From NCBI GenBank assembly GCA_025920435.1, contig JAPDLT010000001.1, positions 1,539 through 65,538 of the forward strand: a stretch of 64,000 bases of DNA, in the 5' to 3' direction. The number at the start of each line of letters is the position of its first letter. The first letter of the stretch is position 1. This DNA is from Candidatus Rehaiarchaeum fermentans (lineage in GTDB: Archaea > Nanobdellota > Nanobdellia > Parvarchaeales > Parvarchaeaceae). Position numbers and translations under genes: made by a program. A model generated the notes under the pieces. The model ran no database searches and had not been told where the DNA came from. It worked only from the letters and a program-made list of their open reading frames with translations. Shown piece after piece: positions 48,991 through 59,406 of this stretch.

Positions 48991-49249
48991 GTTAGCCATA
49001 TTTATATTTTTATTGCTGCTCGCTGCAACAGTAATACTTTATTTAAGCCCATCGGTGAGAGAAAGAAGTATTTCAAGCGCTTTTTGTTCTGCTTATTGTC
49101 ATGATCACATTGAAAATTTAACGTACGGTACTTGCATTTCTAAAAACATAAGTTTTGGCTTTTCGTGTGCTTATTCAAACACAAATGTTTGTAATACAAC
49201 TCACTATATTTTACTTAACAAAGACTGCACTATAAATTCTATAAATTAA
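48977..49249 (+). CDS. Small Cys-rich membrane-anchored protein
   Basis: N-terminal TM helix followed by six Cys. Confidence 0.65.
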   Translation: MNYTRLAIFIFLLLLAATVILYLSPSVRERSISSAFCSAYCHDHIENLTYGTCISKNISFGFSCAYSNTNVCNTTHYILLNKDCTINSIN

Positions 49250-49839
49250 AACGTTATCTTTTTCTTAAATTCTAATAGTTCCTTTTGTCTTTTATTAAGC
49301 TGCTCTAAGATTCTTTCCCTTTCGTTCATTATTTCTTTCGAATCTATATATTTTAGGGGTATGTTACAATAAATACACAAAAAATTATTTTCCAAAGCAG
49401 TGCTTTCATTATATGTTCTTAGACATTGCGGGCATCTATAATAATTGTCTATTTTTTCTAAATCTATTTCTCTTTCGATTTTAAATATTTCTTCTTTAAC
49501 TTTCTTTATCATTACTTCTAAAAGATAATTTAAATTTGCAAACCATATATATTCTAATATCTTTCCTTTCTTCCTTTCTTTGTAACCTACTATGTTTTTT
49601 TCATACATTTTATACAGTATTTTTCTCAAGTAGTTAGCTTTTTCATACTTTAGATCAGACACTATTTTACTTTCTAAAACTTTCCCATTCTTTACTAAAT
49701 ATTCAAATATTCTCATCGCATCCGGATCTATCTCTTCGATGTATCTTAAAATTTCTTGATCTTCTTTCACTAATTTGATAACTTTTTGTTCTAAATTTTC
49801 TTTATTTGAAGATTTTTTGGTTGTATCCTTACTTTTCAT
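49246..49839 (-). CDS. tfe: Transcription factor E (TFE alpha)
   Basis: wHTH with LRKILY.MY, Y.W; CPQC...F.C..C zinc ribbon. Confidence 0.88.
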   Translation of the reverse strand: MKSKDTTKKSSNKENLEQKVIKLVKEDQEILRYIEEIDPDAMRIFEYLVKNGKVLESKIVSDLKYEKANYLRKILYKMYEKNIVGYKERKKGKILEYIWFANLNYLLEVMIKKVKEEIFKIEREIDLEKIDNYYRCPQCLRTYNESTALENNFLCIYCNIPLKYIDSKEIMNERERILEQLNKRQKELLEFKKKITF

Positions 49840-49883
49840 ATTTCTATTATCTTATATGTATATATCTCTTAAATTTAAATAAT

Positions 49884-51572
49884 ATGGAAAGCGCAGTATG
49901 CGTTCTTCTGGGTCATGCAGATGCTGGTAAAACCTCTATTCTGGACGCCATAAGACAGACACTTTTTGCTTATAAGGAATCTGGAGGACTGACTCAAGGA
50001 ATAGGTGCAACTGAAATACCTATAGAAAAGATTAATCAGATCGCGAAGGATTTGATCGAAAAAATGAATATAAAAGTCAAATTAAATTCTCTAATTTTTA
50101 TAGATTCTCCTGGTCATGAGTCTTTTATTACACTCAGAGAAAAAGGTGCTTCTGTTGCAGATCTTACGATATTGGTAATAGATATAAATGAAGGATTGCA
50201 GGCTCAAACAAAAGAATCCTTGAATGTATTAAGAAAGTATAAAACTCCTTTTATTATTGCTTTGACTAAAATAGATACAATTCCAGGTTATATAAATGTA
50301 AAATCATCTGATTTTAAGGAATTTATTGAAAATCAATCACAAAAGTTTCAAAATTACTTTTATTCAAGACTTTATCAAATAGAAGGAGAAATTTCTGAAC
50401 TAGGTTTTAAATCTGATTTATATTATCAAATTTCTGACTTTTCTAAGACTGTTGCAATAGTTCCAGTTTCTTCAAAAGATAAAGTTGGAATTGCTGATTT
50501 ACTTGTATTAATGATAGGATTAATTCAGAAGTATAAACTTAATGAAAGACCTAATGATAATAGAATCTTCTTTCTAGAAAATAGAAACGAAAAAGGAATC
50601 GGAATAGTTACTGATTCTATAATATATTCTGGAGTTGTAAAGGTTGGAGACAAAATGAGCTTTGTAAGCGAGGGAAAGATTGTTGAAGATAGTATTAAAT
50701 CTATATTTAGATTAGAACCTCTTTCAGAAACACGAGAGCATTTCGGTAAATTCCAAAGTGTAGAAGAGATAGAAGCTAACGCCGTTGCAAGAATTTCATT
50801 TAGAAAGTATTCTCCTACTCCCGGTACCTTTGGAGTCTCTTCTTCAAGTAAATTGAAAGAGGAGGTGTTAAACATAAGTTTGCCTAAATATGATAATAAT
50901 GGAGTTTGCATTAATGCAGATACTGTAGGGAGCATCGAAGCATTAAGAAGACTTTTAGAATCGAGAAACATAAGTATAGCAAAAGAAAAAATAGGTCCTC
51001 CTTCTAAGGAGGACGTTTTGGCTGCTTTAGGCTCTAAAATAATTATTGCATTTAATGTCGACGTAGATAAAGAAATATATAAATACGCGTTAGATAAGGG
51101 TTGCTATATAATAGAAGGGAAATCTATCTATAAAATAGTAGAAGATTTAGACAAATTTTTAGAAGAAAGAGAAAAGAATGAAATAAAAGCTTTAATGAAT
51201 TCTTTCACTTTTCCAGGAGAGATTAAAGTTTTAGAAGGTTTTATATTTAGAAAGTCAAAGCCCGCAATTTTTGGTGTCAGGGTATTAAATGGAATTATAA
51301 AAAAGAATTATACTTTGATACATGAAAATGGAAGAATAGTTGGAACAATTGAAGATATACAAGACAATAAGAAAAGTATAGATTTTGCTTCAAAAGGAAT
51401 GGAAGTTGCTATTAGTGTTGACGCTCAATTCGGAAAAGATTTTTTGGAGGGCGATTTATTATATAATAAGCTATCTTTAGAAAGCATTATTAAGATAGAA
51501 GAAATATTAGATAAGTTACCTTCTGATTATAAAGAAGCCTTAGAAAAAACCAAAAAAATACTAAAATTATGA
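49884..51572 (+). CDS. infB: Translation initiation factor aIF5B/IF-2
   Basis: GHADAGKT, ESGGLTQGIGA, DSPGHESF, F..SKPAI.GV; ATG at 49884. Confidence 0.93.
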   Translation: MESAVCVLLGHADAGKTSILDAIRQTLFAYKESGGLTQGIGATEIPIEKINQIAKDLIEKMNIKVKLNSLIFIDSPGHESFITLREKGASVADLTILVIDINEGLQAQTKESLNVLRKYKTPFIIALTKIDTIPGYINVKSSDFKEFIENQSQKFQNYFYSRLYQIEGEISELGFKSDLYYQISDFSKTVAIVPVSSKDKVGIADLLVLMIGLIQKYKLNERPNDNRIFFLENRNEKGIGIVTDSIIYSGVVKVGDKMSFVSEGKIVEDSIKSIFRLEPLSETREHFGKFQSVEEIEANAVARISFRKYSPTPGTFGVSSSSKLKEEVLNISLPKYDNNGVCINADTVGSIEALRRLLESRNISIAKEKIGPPSKEDVLAALGSKIIIAFNVDVDKEIYKYALDKGCYIIEGKSIYKIVEDLDKFLEEREKNEIKALMNSFTFPGEIKVLEGFIFRKSKPAIFGVRVLNGIIKKNYTLIHENGRIVGTIEDIQDNKKSIDFASKGMEVAISVDAQFGKDFLEGDLLYNKLSLESIIKIEEILDKLPSDYKEALEKTKKILKL

Positions 51573-52699
51573 AGGTTGCGATATTTGGTAAGACTAATGT
51601 TGGAAAAAGTACGCTATTTAAAGCGTTGACTTTAAAAGAAGTTGAAATAGCAGATAGACCATTTACGACCATTTCTCCAAATTTCGGAGTCGGATACGTA
51701 ACAGTACCTTGTCCTGAAAAAGAGTTTGGAGTTAAGTGTAATCCCAAAAACGCTCCTTGTAAAGATGGAATTAGATATGTTCCTGTAGAAATAATAGATG
51801 TGGCTGGCTTAATAAAAGGAGCTGCGCAAGGAAGAGGCCTGGGTAATAAGTTTTTAACTGATGCAGCATCAGCAAACATAATGATAGAAGTTATTGATGC
51901 TTCAGGTAGAACAGATGAAAATGGAAATCCTACTGAAGGATACGATCCATTGAAAGATGTAGAATTAGTAAAAAATGAATTAACAGAATGGCTTAAATCT
52001 ATAATATTAAGAAGTAATTTAAGAGAAGGATTAGAAGAAGGAATCTCGAAGCAATTAAGCGGTATTCAAATATCTAAAGAACAAATAAAGCAAGCAATTA
52101 AAGATTTGGACATAAAAAAGTTAGATGAAAATTCAGCTAATTTGCTAGCTGAATATATTCTTTCTCATTATAAGAAGATTGTTATTGCTATTAATAAAAG
52201 TGATTTAGTCAAAGATCCAGAAGAAATAGCCAAAAGGGTCAAAGCGCTGGGGTATGAAAGCGTAATCTGTTCAGCAGAAATTATGTTAATGTTGAGGGAA
52301 GCTGAAAGTAAGGGCTATATTTCTATAGATAAAGAAAATAATATTAAAATTTTAAAGAAATTGTCTTCTCAGCAACTTAATGCAATAGAGTTAGGATCTC
52401 AATTTCTTAAAAAATATGGAGATTGTTTATCAAATCTAATGAACAAAACAGTTATAGAAGTATATCACGGCAAAGTTGTATTTCCTGTAGAAGATGAAAA
52501 TAAACTAACTGATTCTAATGGTAATGTATTACCAGATGCATATGTTATGGATCCAGATTCTACTCTTTATGATTTAGCGCTAAAAATTCATTCAGATATA
52601 GCATCTAACTTGAAATTAGGGATAGATTGTAAGACTAAGATGAAGATAGGAAAAGAAGAAAAGCTTAAGCATTTACAAGTTATCAAGCTAGTTGCATGA
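51569..52699 (+). CDS. ychF: YchF/OBG-family translation-associated NTPase
   Basis: GKTNVGKST, PFTTI.PN, DVAGL..GA..GRGLGNKFL, C-terminal TGS. Confidence 0.92.
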   Translation: MKVAIFGKTNVGKSTLFKALTLKEVEIADRPFTTISPNFGVGYVTVPCPEKEFGVKCNPKNAPCKDGIRYVPVEIIDVAGLIKGAAQGRGLGNKFLTDAASANIMIEVIDASGRTDENGNPTEGYDPLKDVELVKNELTEWLKSIILRSNLREGLEEGISKQLSGIQISKEQIKQAIKDLDIKKLDENSANLLAEYILSHYKKIVIAINKSDLVKDPEEIAKRVKALGYESVICSAEIMLMLREAESKGYISIDKENNIKILKKLSSQQLNAIELGSQFLKKYGDCLSNLMNKTVIEVYHGKVVFPVEDENKLTDSNGNVLPDAYVMDPDSTLYDLALKIHSDIASNLKLGIDCKTKMKIGKEEKLKHLQVIKLVA

Positions 52700-53499
52700 A
52701 TACTTCTCAAGTGTTTCTTGTAAATAAGTTCGTAATGAACAAGATCATAGATTTTGCAGATTTGACTCCTAATGATGTAGTTATGGAAATAGGGAGTGGC
52801 GATGGTAGATTAACAGAGCTTATTGCAAAGAAAGCAAAGAAAGTATATGCTATAGAAATAGATAAAGAGCTTGCAGATGTGTCAATTCAAAAATTAAAGA
52901 ATTATAAAAACGTAGAAATAATAAATGATGACGCCTTAAAAATTGAATTTCCAAAAGTTAATAAAATAATTTCAAATCTTCCATATTCTATCGCTTCTCC
53001 TCTTACTCAAAAAATAATTTTTTATTTGAACAGAGAAAATGCTATTGCAATTTTAATGTATCAAAAGGAGTTGGCCGATAGAATACTTGCTTTTCCAGGA
53101 GCAAGAGAATATTCCATGCTTACCATTTTAGTTCAATATGCTTGTGAAGTTAAGAAACTAATGGACGTAAGTAAAATGAATTTTAGGCCAGTTCCTTCAG
53201 TAGACTCTTCCTTATTATATCTTAAACCTAAGCCTATAGAAATAGACCGTTCTTTTCTTTCTTTTTGCAAAATATTATTTTTTCATAAGAAGAAAAATGT
53301 TTATTCTTCATTAATGGATTCAAGAGAAATACTTAAGCTTACAAAAGAAGAAATAAGGGATAAAATTAAAGGAATTGATCTTTCTAACGAGAAGGTATTT
53401 TATCTAAGCATAGAGGAGTTATTTAGTCTTTATAAGCAATGTAAAGAAAAAGGAATATGGAAAGGAGAAAGCTATCAAGACTTGAACTTTTACGATTAG
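52696..53499 (+). CDS. rsmA: 16S rRNA adenine dimethyltransferase
   Basis: QVFL, EIGSG.G.LT, SNLPY, QKE.A.R, F.PVPSVDS. Confidence 0.94.
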   Translation: MNTSQVFLVNKFVMNKIIDFADLTPNDVVMEIGSGDGRLTELIAKKAKKVYAIEIDKELADVSIQKLKNYKNVEIINDDALKIEFPKVNKIISNLPYSIASPLTQKIIFYLNRENAIAILMYQKELADRILAFPGAREYSMLTILVQYACEVKKLMDVSKMNFRPVPSVDSSLLYLKPKPIEIDRSFLSFCKILFFHKKKNVYSSLMDSREILKLTKEEIRDKIKGIDLSNEKVFYLSIEELFSLYKQCKEKGIWKGESYQDLNFYD

Positions 53500-54143
53500 A
53501 ATTAGATTACTTTTTCGCCTCGTTTACTAAAAAAGAAATATTCGATATATTTATAGCTTGGCTTGCCTTGACCTTTGCATTTTCTTTTCTATTCGATAGA
53601 AACATTCTAAGCTATAATTTTATAGAATATTTTATTATATCTGCTATTTCTGTTGGCTTAGGGTTTATAATACATGAATTAATGCATAAGTTTAAAGCAA
53701 TAAGTTATGATTATCCAGCACACTTTGTTGCTTGGTACCAAGGGCTCATTTTAACTGTGTTCACCGCATTTATCCTACGCATTATTTTTGCATTGCCTGG
53801 GGCAACAGTTTTTACTCCTAGGTCTAGATGGTTTTTAGATAAAGATTTCACAGAAAAATACGGTAAAATTTCTTTATATGGACCTTTATCTAATATAGTT
53901 TTCGGTTTTATTTTTATTTTACTTCTATTTTTCGTTTATCCTTTAATTAAGAGTTCCTTTTTACTTAAATTATCTTTAGAAGGAGCATTTATAAATTTTT
54001 ATCTTTCAGCATTTAATTTGATTCCTTTAGGAGGAGTTGTAGGACTAGACGGCTGGAAAGTTTTTCGATGGAATAAGGCTGTTTGGGCACTTACTTTCTT
54101 TCTTTCAGTAGGTATGACTATTTTAATATACGTTGGATTTTAA
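53457..54143 (+). CDS. Site-2 (M50) intramembrane zinc protease
   Basis: HELMH, GPLSN, FNLIP...LDG. Confidence 0.9.
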   Translation: MERRKLSRLELLRLELDYFFASFTKKEIFDIFIAWLALTFAFSFLFDRNILSYNFIEYFIISAISVGLGFIIHELMHKFKAISYDYPAHFVAWYQGLILTVFTAFILRIIFALPGATVFTPRSRWFLDKDFTEKYGKISLYGPLSNIVFGFIFILLLFFVYPLIKSSFLLKLSLEGAFINFYLSAFNLIPLGGVVGLDGWKVFRWNKAVWALTFFLSVGMTILIYVGF

Positions 54144-54170
54144 TTTATATCTTTATTGAGTATATTTCTT

Positions 54171-54863
54171 ATGGTAAAGATTTTTTGTAATGAAAAAACA
54201 GAGGGCAAATTGCTAGTTTTGGCTTTTCCTGCTGCTGGTCATGTAAATGAACTTGCTTTGGCTTATGCAATAGATAAATCTGCAATAAAAGAATGTGGTT
54301 ATGTTTACACAGAAAATTCTCCGATTGCGATTATAAACGATGGAAAAATTAAGTTCCCTATTTCCTTATTTTCCGCCAAAAATTCAATTATTTTATCTTC
54401 CTTTATTCCTGCTACTGAGGAACTAATTAAGCATTTAATTTCATGGTATAAGGAGAGTAAGTTTGCTGGAGTAATTTTACTAGAGTCTATGCCTATTGAT
54501 GTAAAATCTAACCAATCAAACGTATTTTATGTTAAGGAGGGAGATATCAATTTCGATACTACGGGAATGAAAAGTCTAGAAGAAGGAATAATAGTCGGAA
54601 GTTCAGCTAATTTGCTATTAGCATTGGCTAATGATAAAATACCAACATTAGTCGTTTTAACTGAGGCGCATATAGAAATGCCAGACGGAATTGCAGCAGC
54701 TAACCTTCTTAAATCTCTCCAACCATTATTGGGAGAAATAGATACTGAAGAACTTATAAAAGATTATAAAAGAAGGCTTTATAAAATACACAAATTGATC
54801 AGTAAATATAAGGAAAATTCTAGTCAAAAAGAAGATTTAGATTCTTTGCATATTTATGGATAG
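54171..54863 (+). CDS. PAC2-family proteasome assembly chaperone-like protein
   Basis: FP..G.V..LA, G.IVG....LL, PD..AA, C-terminal IYG. Confidence 0.8.
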   Translation: MVKIFCNEKTEGKLLVLAFPAAGHVNELALAYAIDKSAIKECGYVYTENSPIAIINDGKIKFPISLFSAKNSIILSSFIPATEELIKHLISWYKESKFAGVILLESMPIDVKSNQSNVFYVKEGDINFDTTGMKSLEEGIIVGSSANLLLALANDKIPTLVVLTEAHIEMPDGIAAANLLKSLQPLLGEIDTEELIKDYKRRLYKIHKLISKYKENSSQKEDLDSLHIYG

Positions 54864-54968
54864 ATTTTTATTGTAAAATTTTAAATTTCTAAAACAAATA
54901 AACACAATATGAGAAAAACGGAGAAATTAACAATGAAATTTTTAAATACTATAAAAAATAACTACAGT

Positions 54969-55370
54969 ATGAAGAAGAACAATTCGTTGCTTTCTCAGGG
55001 ACTTCCTATTAACACAATAATTTTAATAGCAATTGGAGTACTTATACTAGTATTGTTGGTAGTTTTTGTATTAGGAGGATTTAAAGGTTTAGGAGCAGCT
55101 AAACCAGCGTCATTCTCAGCTTTTGTTCAAACGTGCAGTTCTGACTGCGCAGCTTTGGACGGCTCGCCAAATGAAGGTTCTGTAGTGAATTCCAATTTCT
55201 GTACTACTACTTATTCTAATTCAAGTACCACTGTATTACATTGTTATGATCCTAATGCTTACGGCGCATGTACTTTCACTTTAGCCAATGGTTCTGAAGC
55301 ATGCGTATCAGGGGTAGGTGGAGTTGCATGTACTCTTCCAAACGGTAATAATTACCAGTGCGTTCCTTAG
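54969..55370 (+). CDS. Pilin-like Cys-rich surface protein
   Basis: SQGLPINTIILIAIGVLILV N-terminal helix, eight Cys; TTTAAATA 28 nt upstream supports ATG 54969. Confidence 0.65.
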   Translation: MKKNNSLLSQGLPINTIILIAIGVLILVLLVVFVLGGFKGLGAAKPASFSAFVQTCSSDCAALDGSPNEGSVVNSNFCTTTYSNSSTTVLHCYDPNAYGACTFTLANGSEACVSGVGGVACTLPNGNNYQCVP

Positions 55371-55415
55371 AGTATTAATAAGAAAATTATTATTTATTAA
55401 AAACTACTTCGATTT

Positions 55416-56207
55416 CTAAGCCGCTTTTTCAAGCTCGTGTTTAATTTCTTCTAGATAATAATTTGCAGATTTTTCATCTAACAAAGAAAAGTTCTTTAGT
55501 CTATACTTATCCTTATTTTTAATTAATTGTGCTTCTATCTCGATTATATCTTTATTCAAATTTAATATGCTTTCATCAATGCTGTTCCCTTTCCTTAATG
55601 AAAGCAATTTCTCTGCTATTCCATCGAATGCAGCAACTTTGATGCTGTTTAATCCATCATTTATTATTAGCTTTATAATTAGATGCTTTTCTATTGCTTT
55701 ATTTCCATGTATTTCACAGCTATCATTTACTTTCTTTTTACATATAGCGCATTTTTTTATAGTATGTTCTCCCCTAAACACAAATGTTATGTAACCATCT
55801 ACTAAGTTTAGTCCTTCCTCCATCTCACTTATTGTTTTCTCTTTGCTTTTTTTAACAAGTATAAGGTCAGAAAATTTTCCTACATGAATCTCGACTTTTT
55901 TAGATAATGGATTTTCTCTAGCATATCCATTAATAACTGCTATAATATCTCCTTCAGATAAGTTTTCTGTTAAAGAAATGCACTTTTCATTCCATATTAC
56001 TACAGCAATAGTTCCCGTATTATCGGAAACTATAATCTTTCTCATTTTGAAATTATTTCCTTGTATTAATTCAAATAGTTTTTCTACTCTTGCTTTTATA
56101 TAAATATGCTTATCCTTTGAATTTATTTGTTCAATTTTTTTAGTTATAGCTTCCGAATTTTCTATATTTTTATTTTTTTCTTCTTCTTGTAAAGAAGATG
56201 CGTTCAT
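55416..56207 (-). CDS. Replication protein A / OB-fold ssDNA-binding protein
   Basis: DNTGTI.VVIW OB fold, CxxC...C..H zinc finger, second OB fold. Confidence 0.82.
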   Translation of the reverse strand: MNASSLQEEEKNKNIENSEAITKKIEQINSKDKHIYIKARVEKLFELIQGNNFKMRKIIVSDNTGTIAVVIWNEKCISLTENLSEGDIIAVINGYARENPLSKKVEIHVGKFSDLILVKKSKEKTISEMEEGLNLVDGYITFVFRGEHTIKKCAICKKKVNDSCEIHGNKAIEKHLIIKLIINDGLNSIKVAAFDGIAEKLLSLRKGNSIDESILNLNKDIIEIEAQLIKNKDKYRLKNFSLLDEKSANYYLEEIKHELEKAA

Positions 56208-57478
56208 ATTATTTTTCTTAATTTTTCTGCTAATTCAAGCATTTTTTCAAAGTTTTCTTCTTTTTCAGAGTTAACATAATATCTTATTACTGGTTCCGTA
56301 TTAGATTTTCTGAATAAAATAAAAGAATCATTTATATCTAACCTTACTCCGTCTATTTTCTTTATTTTTCCATATTCTTTCATCTTTTCTTCCAAAATTG
56401 CAAGTGATTTTTTTGCTTCTTTCATTGATGAAACAGGAATCTTGCCTTCAAAATAAAATATATTAGGAATACTTTTAAGCAACTCACTTAGTTTTTTATT
56501 TTTAGCTTTTTTAATTGCTTTTATTAGCATAATTCCTGCTAAGATTCCGTCTGAGAAAGGATAAAAGTCACCAAAATACAAGTGACCCGAACCTTCAAAA
56601 CCGAGTAATCCTTTTCCGATTTTGTTTTCTATATAGGGTCTTCCTACTGGTGTATAAATGACTTCAAAATATTTTTCGAATATTTTGGGAGAAGATATTG
56701 AAGCAACCAACTTTTTATATTTTAATAATTTAGAAAACAGTATTTCTATTCTTGCGATGTTTATTAAATTGCCAGTTTCATCTACTATTAACACTCTATC
56801 TGCGTCAGCATCCACCTCTATTCCTAAATCTGCTCTTTCTTTAATTACCTCTTCTCTTAATTTTTCAGATGTTTTCTCATTTGGTTCCGGTGGCAGACCA
56901 AAATAGTGAGGATCGAAATCTTTTCTTAAAGGAATTGTATTACAAATACTTTGGAATATTTTATTTCCTATAAAAGTTGCTGCTCCTCCTAGAGAATCGA
57001 ATATTAGCTTGAATTTTTCATCTTTTAGATATCCAAAGTTAGAAAGCAAATAATTCTTATATTCTTCATTTATTTCTTCGTATTTTATTTCTCCTAATTT
57101 CTTTGCCTTTCTTTCTTTTGCCTCGATTACTAAATTAGGTCTCACCGTTTTTCCATTTTCATAAATTATTACGCCAGTGTATTCGGCAGGATTGTGTGAA
57201 GCTGTTATTGATACACTTAAGCTTTTTTCTAGGAAACTTTTAAGACTTATTGCAGCCAGTGGCCCCAAAGGTCCTTCAATTACATCAATTCCTTTTTCAT
57301 TGATTCCTTTTTCAATTTGATCTCTAATTCTTAAACTTCCTAATCTGTTATCATAATTCAAATATAATTTATCTTTTTTAGAAAAGTCTCCAAGTTTTTT
57401 TCCGATTTTATAAGCTATTTCCTCATTTATTTCTTTGGGATATATTCCTCTTATATCGTAATCTCTTACTATATCCAT
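56204..57478 (-). CDS. Phosphomannomutase/phosphoglucomutase
   Basis: YDIRG, TASHNP, DADADR, EGSGH, RKSNTEP. Confidence 0.94.
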   Translation of the reverse strand: MDIVRDYDIRGIYPKEINEEIAYKIGKKLGDFSKKDKLYLNYDNRLGSLRIRDQIEKGINEKGIDVIEGPLGPLAAISLKSFLEKSLSVSITASHNPAEYTGVIIYENGKTVRPNLVIEAKERKAKKLGEIKYEEINEEYKNYLLSNFGYLKDEKFKLIFDSLGGAATFIGNKIFQSICNTIPLRKDFDPHYFGLPPEPNEKTSEKLREEVIKERADLGIEVDADADRVLIVDETGNLINIARIEILFSKLLKYKKLVASISSPKIFEKYFEVIYTPVGRPYIENKIGKGLLGFEGSGHLYFGDFYPFSDGILAGIMLIKAIKKAKNKKLSELLKSIPNIFYFEGKIPVSSMKEAKKSLAILEEKMKEYGKIKKIDGVRLDINDSFILFRKSNTEPVIRYYVNSEKEENFEKMLELAEKLRKII

Positions 57479-57497
57479 AAATTAATGTAAATACTAG

Positions 57498-58439
57498 TTA
57501 TTTAACTAGTTTGCTTAAAATAGGAGAAAAATCAATTTCGCAAGTACGGTTTTCAATTTTTTCTTCTACATTCTCTAAAAAGGGAATATTAACTTCCGCT
57601 CCATTTAAACTTCCCATGTTTGATATTATTCCTAATATCGGTATATTAAAAGACTTTGCCATAGAGAAAGATACCCTTAATTGATCCAGGGCAAGTTTAG
57701 ATGGAGTAGTTACTAATATAATTCCGTCTAAGGGTATGCTTTGCATTGCTGTTATTGGTATATCACTTGTTCCCGGCGGGAAATCAACTATTAAAAAATC
57801 TAATGCGCCCCAATCAGTTTCAGAATATAATTGTTTTATCAAGTTGCTAACGATAGGTCCTCTCCAAATTCCAACTCCTTTTCCTATCACTATGTCTCTT
57901 CCGACTATTTTTATTCCATTTTTTTCTTGCGGAATTATTTTTTTATTTTCTATTTTGCACATTTCTTCAATTCCAAATAAAGTTGCTATAGAAGGTCCAG
58001 ATATATCTCCATCTAATATTCCTACTTTATAGCCATTTTTTTGCAGAAAGATTGAAAAAAGAGCAGAAACTGTGCTTTTTCCGACTCCTCCTTTAGATGA
58101 AAAGATACCAATTATCTTTTTAATATCCTTTTTCTCATGCCTTTTAATAGATTCGGGTAAACCTCTCTTTTCTGAATAAGCTATTTGTTTGGCATATTCT
58201 AGCTCTTCTCTAGTCATTACATCAAAATTTATTTTAGTTTGTAAATTATTTAATGCACCTATTTTTTCAACTTCTTTTTTTATTTCTTCCTGAAGAGGGC
58301 AATTCGGAACTGTTAATTTTATTTCGACGTATAGTTCGTTTTCAGTTTTTTCTACTTTTTTTATCATTCCTAGCTTCCCGATTGGTATCTGAATTTCAGG
58401 ATCTAAAATATTATATATTTGCTTTTCGATTTCATTCAT
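57498..58439 (-). CDS. Mrp/ApbC/NBP35-like ATPase with N-terminal DUF59 domain
   Basis: DPE..T.P.CP DUF59; KGGVGKST, D.DI.GPS, WRGP, DFPPGTSD. Confidence 0.88.
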   Translation of the reverse strand: MNEIEKQIYNILDPEIQIPIGKLGMIKKVEKTENELYVEIKLTVPNCPLQEEIKKEVEKIGALNNLQTKINFDVMTREELEYAKQIAYSEKRGLPESIKRHEKKDIKKIIGIFSSKGGVGKSTVSALFSIFLQKNGYKVGILDGDISGPSIATLFGIEEMCKIENKKIIPQEKNGIKIVGRDIVIGKGVGIWRGPIVSNLIKQLYSETDWGALDFLIVDFPPGTSDIPITAMQSIPLDGIILVTTPSKLALDQLRVSFSMAKSFNIPILGIISNMGSLNGAEVNIPFLENVEEKIENRTCEIDFSPILSKLVK

Positions 58440-59406
58440 CTTCCTCTACATCCTTTATGCCTTCCGGTGTTATTTGAAATGCAGCTTCTTGCTCAGGAAG
58501 GTTTGGAGAATCTACTAATCTTGCTATTCTTATGTTTTTCTTACTCTTTCTTAAATATACTCTATATGTTGCCATGTGTCCTATTATGTTTCCACCTATT
58601 GCTGCTGTAGGATCTCCAAACAATACGTCAGGTCTTGCCATTACTTGATTAGTATAATAAACTGCTACATTGAATCTATCAGCAATTCTCTGGAGATGAT
58701 GTAATAATACGTTTAATTTCTGCTGTCTATCTGCTAAATTGCTTCTTCCAACAAATTCTGCTCTAAATAATGCGGTCATGCTATCAATTATGATTAATTT
58801 TATTTTCTTATCTTGATTGATAAGATCAGGTATCTTATCTATCAAAAGCATTTGATGATCTGTTGAATAAGCTCTTCCTACTTTTATGTTTTCTAACGAT
58901 TTTTCTGGATCTATTCCTTGAGCCATTGCTATTTGCTTTAATCTTTCAGGTCTGAATGTGCCTTCAGTATCTATCCATACAGCTTTTCCTTCTACTCCTC
59001 CCTTCTCCGGTGGCAATTGCACATTTACGGCTAACTGATACGCTACTTGTGTTTTTCCAGAGCCGTATTCCCCAAAGAATTCTGTTAATGATTGAGTTTC
59101 TATTCCTCCTCCTAATAACCTATTAAGTTTTTCGCTGGAAAGCGTTATTTTTTTGATAGTTTCCATCCTGCTTTCAAAGTCATTTCCGCTTACAAAATTC
59201 ATGTTTGCTGCTTCTCTAGCTTCTGCTATTATTTTTCTTGCCGTAGGTTCTGCAATATCTGCTACTTCAGCTACGTCTGCAGGATTAGCAGTAGCTAGTG
59301 CAATTATATCGTAATAACCAGCATTTCTAAGCTTAGATGCTATTGTTGGCCCTACTCCTGGCAGATCTTCTATTTCTTTTATTCCATTTTCCTCATCGTT
59401 TTCCAT
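58432..59406 (-). CDS. radA: DNA repair and recombination protein RadA
   Basis: HhH N-terminus, GEYGSGKTQ, IDTEGTFRPER, YLRK..RIARLVDSP. Confidence 0.98.
   Translation of the reverse strand: MENDEENGIKEIEDLPGVGPTIASKLRNAGYYDIIALATANPADVAEVADIAEPTARKIIAEAREAANMNFVSGNDFESRMETIKKITLSSEKLNRLLGGGIETQSLTEFFGEYGSGKTQVAYQLAVNVQLPPEKGGVEGKAVWIDTEGTFRPERLKQIAMAQGIDPEKSLENIKVGRAYSTDHQMLLIDKIPDLINQDKKIKLIIIDSMTALFRAEFVGRSNLADRQQKLNVLLHHLQRIADRFNVAVYYTNQVMARPDVLFGDPTAAIGGNIIGHMATYRVYLRKSKKNIRIARLVDSPNLPEQEAAFQITPEGIKDVEEDE

Noticed and set aside
49806..49883. N-terminal extension of aIF5B overlapping tfe in the ORF track
   Set aside because: Non-ATG upstream start with aromatic-rich junk sequence; homology begins at ATG 49884.
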